From contig OY970296.1 in the NCBI GenBank assembly GCA_963716175.1, positions 1,536,001-1,600,000 of the forward strand: a DNA stretch of 64,000 nt. The letters are read 5' to 3'. Positions 60,588-64,000 of the stretch are shown here, in pieces. The notes beneath the pieces are model-generated. The model did not search any database and had not been told where the DNA came from. It saw nothing but the letters and a program-made list of their open reading frames with translations. Position numbers and translations under genes: made by a program. Position 1 is the stretch's first letter, and every line of letters starts with the position of its first letter. The stretch is from an uncultured Armatimonadetes bacterium (GTDB lineage: Bacteria > Armatimonadota > Hebobacteria > Hebobacterales > Hebobacteraceae).

Positions 60588-62027
60588 ATGCGGGGCCGGT
60601 ATCTCTTGCTGTTGGCGATCTCACTGGTCTGTCTCTGGGCGGGGAGCCTGGGGGCGGCCCCCGACTCGCTGGACCGGGGGATCGCGGCTTTCAACCAGGG
60701 TGATTTCGCGGCCGCGATAGAGCAGTTCACCACGGCGGCCAAGGAGCAGCCGAAGGAGGCGAGCGCGCAGGCCTGGCTGGGGCTGGCGCAACTGCGCGCG
60801 AGGCGGTATGAGGAGGCGGTGGCAAGCCTGAGCAAGGCGGTGGCGCTCGACCCCAAGATGTCGGAGGCGGAGAGCAACCTGGGCAACGCCTATTGGGCGC
60901 TGGGCAAGAGCCAGCAGGCGATCGAGCACTACCAGCAGGCGATCTATCTGCAGCCGCATTACGCGGTGCCGCACTACAACCTGGGGACGATCTACCTGGC
61001 GAGCAATGCCCTGGAGCAGGCGGTGGGGGAGTTTGCAGCAGCAGTGGAGCTGGACCCCGAGAACGCGGATGCCTACAACAACCTGGGGGTTGCCTACGAG
61101 CGGAAGGGGCAGCTGCCAGAGGCGATCGGGGCCTACGAGAAGGCGGTGGCGGCAAAGCCGGACAATCAACCTTTCCGGCTGAATCTGGCCACCGCGCTGC
61201 GGGCGGCCGGGAAGAGCGATCAGGCGCTGCCTCATCTCGCGCGGCTGGCGGCGGCCGGGAGCAAGGACCCGGCGGTCTATCTGAACCTGGGGCTGATCCG
61301 CTATGAGCGCAAGGAGTACGCGCTGGCTGGGACGGCCTTCCGCCAGGCAGTGAAGCGGGACCCGCAGAATGCCACCGCCTACTACAATCTGGGGCTGTGC
61401 GCGCGGCAGGCTGGCGCCAAGGAGGAGGCCAAGGAAGCGTTCGCGAAGGTGGTGGAGCTGAACCCGGGGCAGGTGAACGCGCGCATCAACCTGGGAGCGA
61501 TGGAGCTGGATGACGGCAACGCGGACGCAGCGGTGAAGCAGTTCGCGGCCGCCTTGCAGGCGGCCCCGGACAGCTATCCCGCGGCCTTCAACCTGGGGCT
61601 GGCCTATGTCCGGCTGGGCAGCGAGAGCGATGCGATTCGGGTGTGGTCGGGCCTGGCCGAGCGCTCGCCGGAGGACCCGGCGGTGCGAGAGGCGCTGGCC
61701 TCCACTCATTTCCGGCTGCATCACTATGATGATGCGAAGCGGGAGTACGAGGCGCTGCTGAAGCTGAAGCCCAATGACGTGGTAGCGCACAGCAACCTCG
61801 GCATCATCTACGAGGAGTTCGGTCAGCTCGACCAGGCGGTGGCGGCCTATCAGGCGGCGCTGGCACTGGACCCGAAGCATGCGCCCGCGCACAACAACCT
61901 GGGCGTAGTGTATGAGCGCCAGGGCAAGCGGGAGGAGGCGATCGCGGAGTACCGCGCGGCGCTGGCGGCGGACCCGGAGTTGAAGGACGCCAAGCGCAAC
62001 CTCGACCGCCTGGTGCCCCCGGGGTGA
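60588..62027 (+). CDS. exported tetratricopeptide repeat protein
   Basis: Signal peptide followed by many 34-aa NLG..A..Y..A..P repeats. Confidence 0.9.
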   Translation: MRGRYLLLLAISLVCLWAGSLGAAPDSLDRGIAAFNQGDFAAAIEQFTTAAKEQPKEASAQAWLGLAQLRARRYEEAVASLSKAVALDPKMSEAESNLGNAYWALGKSQQAIEHYQQAIYLQPHYAVPHYNLGTIYLASNALEQAVGEFAAAVELDPENADAYNNLGVAYERKGQLPEAIGAYEKAVAAKPDNQPFRLNLATALRAAGKSDQALPHLARLAAAGSKDPAVYLNLGLIRYERKEYALAGTAFRQAVKRDPQNATAYYNLGLCARQAGAKEEAKEAFAKVVELNPGQVNARINLGAMELDDGNADAAVKQFAAALQAAPDSYPAAFNLGLAYVRLGSESDAIRVWSGLAERSPEDPAVREALASTHFRLHHYDDAKREYEALLKLKPNDVVAHSNLGIIYEEFGQLDQAVAAYQAALALDPKHAPAHNNLGVVYERQGKREEAIAEYRAALAADPELKDAKRNLDRLVPPG

Positions 62028-62036
62028 GCTGAGGCC

Positions 62037-62954
62037 ATGTCCGAGACTTCCTCTCCGCACCCGCAGGGCGGCGCTTTCGACCCCAGGTCAGTGCGCTGCG
62101 TCGGGATTGTGGCGGCACTGCACAAGCGCCGGGTGGCAGCTGCGGTGCGGGAGGTGGTGGCCTGGTGCGAGGAGCGCGGCATCCGGGCCTTGCTTCAGGC
62201 CGAGCAAGCGGCAGCGCTATCTCTCCCTCAACTCGCAGTAGAGCCCTCGGAACTGGGGCGGGCGGCCAATCTGCTGCTGGCGATGGGGGGTGACGGGACT
62301 TTCCTGGCGGCGAGTCGGGTGGGCGCTCCCCGCGGCAAACCCATCCTGGGGATCAACCTGGGCGGCTTCGGGTTCCTGGCTGGCATCCCCCAGGCGGGAA
62401 TGCTGGACTCGTTGGCGGAGGTGATGTCGGGCCGGCTACGCGTGGAGGAGCGGATGATGCTGGCGACGCGAGTGCTGCGGCGGGAGCAGGAGATCGGGTC
62501 GTTCATCGCGCTCAATGACGTGGTAGTGGGGAAGGGGGCCTTTGGACGGCTGCTGCGCTTGCAGACCAGAATCTCCGGCGAGCCGGTCTCGGATCTGCAC
62601 GCCGATGGCATCATCGTCGCCACTCCCACTGGGTCCACAGGCTACACACTGGCCGCCGGGGGGCCGGTGGTGTCACCGCAGGCGCGGGCGCTGATCGTCA
62701 CCCCCATCTGTGCGCACGCGGCGTCGGCGCGGGCGCTGGTGGTGCCGGCCGGGGAAGTGGTCGAGGTCACGGCGCCGGACCCGGAGGGACAGGAAGTGAG
62801 GCTGACCGCGGACGGGCAGGAGGGACTGGAGTTGGGCGCGGGGGACCGGGTGGAGGTGCGGGAGGCGGGGTTCTCGGCCCGCCTGGTCTGCCCGGAGAAT
62901 ACCAGCTTCTACGCGAAGCTACGCGGTAAGCTGGGCTGGATGATCTCGCGCTGA
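62037..62954 (+). CDS. nadK: NAD kinase
   Basis: GGDGTFL, GINLG..GFL, LND, DG..ATPTGSTGY. Confidence 0.94.
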   Translation: MSETSSPHPQGGAFDPRSVRCVGIVAALHKRRVAAAVREVVAWCEERGIRALLQAEQAAALSLPQLAVEPSELGRAANLLLAMGGDGTFLAASRVGAPRGKPILGINLGGFGFLAGIPQAGMLDSLAEVMSGRLRVEERMMLATRVLRREQEIGSFIALNDVVVGKGAFGRLLRLQTRISGEPVSDLHADGIIVATPTGSTGYTLAAGGPVVSPQARALIVTPICAHAASARALVVPAGEVVEVTAPDPEGQEVRLTADGQEGLELGAGDRVEVREAGFSARLVCPENTSFYAKLRGKLGWMISR

Positions 62955-62967
62955 TGGCGGTGAGGCG

Positions 62968-64000
62968 ATGCGCATTCGGGGCCCGGCAAGAGTTGACCGC
63001 CGCACCAAACACCTGATCCATCGCCTGGGGCCGGGCGATATCGCGGTGATCTCTCACACGGATCTGGACGCGCCCTGCGCCTCGGCGCTGGTGGGCCGGC
63101 GAGTGGCGGCGGTGATCAATGCCCAGCGCTCTCTCTCGGGCCGCTTCCCTCACCGCGGCCCCGGGCTGGTGGTGCGGGCGGGGATACCGCTGGTAGACAA
63201 TGCGGGAGATCACGTGATGGAAGGGGTGCGGGAGGGAGAGCTGCTCGAGATCGTGGATGGCTCGGTCTACTCGAACGGCACGCTGCTGGCGACCGGCACG
63301 GTGCTGACGGATTCGCTGCTCGCCAGCCAACTGGAAGAGGCGAAGCAGGGGCTGAGCGGGGAGCTGGCGCGGTTCGTCGAGAACACGCTGAGCTATGTGG
63401 CGAATGAGCAGTACCTGCTGTTTCAGCCCTCCAGCATGCCGGCGCTCCGCACCCAGATCAAGGGGAGGCATTGCCTGGTGGTGGTCCGCGGCGGCGGGGC
63501 GGAGCAGGACCTGCGCGCGATTCGCTCCTACATCGGGGCGATGTACCCGGTGCTGATCGCGGTGGACGGGGGCGCCGACGTGCTGCTGCAGGAGGGCTAT
63601 ACCCCGGACATCATTGTGGGCGACATGGACAGCGTATCCGACGCGGCGCTGCGGTGCGGCGCGGAGCTGATCGTGCACGCCTACCCGGACGGGATTGCGC
63701 CCGGGCTGCAGCGCCTGGAGGCGCTGGGGCTGCCCTCCACCACGCTCGCCTCGCAGGGGACGAGCGAGGATGTGGCCATGCTGCTGGCCTACGAGCAAGA
63801 CGCGGAACTGATCGCGGCGGTGGGCACTCATTTCTCGCTGACGGAATTCCTCGAGAAATCGCGGGGCGGCATGTCGTCCACGTTTCTGGTGCGGCTGAAG
63901 GTGGGCGCGATTCTGGTGGACGCGAAGGGGATCAGCCGGCTCTACCCCTCCACCCGGTCGGCGCGGCTCTTTCTCTACCTGGGGACAGTGGCGGCAATCA
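62968..64000 (+). CDS. steA: SteA-like protein (thiamine pyrophosphokinase-like domain), partial and missing from the ORF track
   Basis: Manual translation: MRIRGPARVDRRTKHL..GDIAVISHTDLD..VDGGAD..IVGDMDSVSD..HAYPDG..MSSTFLVRLKVG..LVDAKG. Confidence 0.82.
   Translation, partial: MRIRGPARVDRRTKHLIHRLGPGDIAVISHTDLDAPCASALVGRRVAAVINAQRSLSGRFPHRGPGLVVRAGIPLVDNAGDHVMEGVREGELLEIVDGSVYSNGTLLATGTVLTDSLLASQLEEAKQGLSGELARFVENTLSYVANEQYLLFQPSSMPALRTQIKGRHCLVVVRGGGAEQDLRAIRSYIGAMYPVLIAVDGGADVLLQEGYTPDIIVGDMDSVSDAALRCGAELIVHAYPDGIAPGLQRLEALGLPSTTLASQGTSEDVAMLLAYEQDAELIAAVGTHFSLTEFLEKSRGGMSSTFLVRLKVGAILVDAKGISRLYPSTRSARLFLYLGTVAAI

Overview
A high-GC bacterial chromosomal segment, mostly housekeeping. Kdo genes together with a T-box riboswitch, a Bacillus-type parS and a Firmicutes-like S12 insertion suggest a diderm Terrabacteria lineage such as Armatimonadota (inference only). 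Gene order: queE / paaK / DUF366 / GH20; a 993-aa radical-SAM + ArsM-like methyltransferase + Cys-rich (DUF5714-like) fusion; araD; parAB with parS; pheS-methyltransferase-pheT under a Phe T-box; purN; kdsB-comF-dprA-kdsA-kdsC; the str-S10-spc-alpha ribosomal cluster (second EF-G between rpsQ and rplN, no infA, S12 K43R); truA-rplM-rpsI; the arg operon; a TPR protein, nadK and steA. The most unusual signal is non-genic: a dense, modular set of REP-like hairpins. These nest inside one another, sit in frame within proteins and in T-box loops, supply start and stop codons, and twice are followed directly by a 22-35 bp duplication of upstream sequence that ends in GTGATGCG. A separate ~110-nt structured element occurs three times in the spc operon. 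Several essential genes are frameshifted at G5 runs, most likely long-read errors. No rRNA, tRNA, CRISPR array or transposase was seen.
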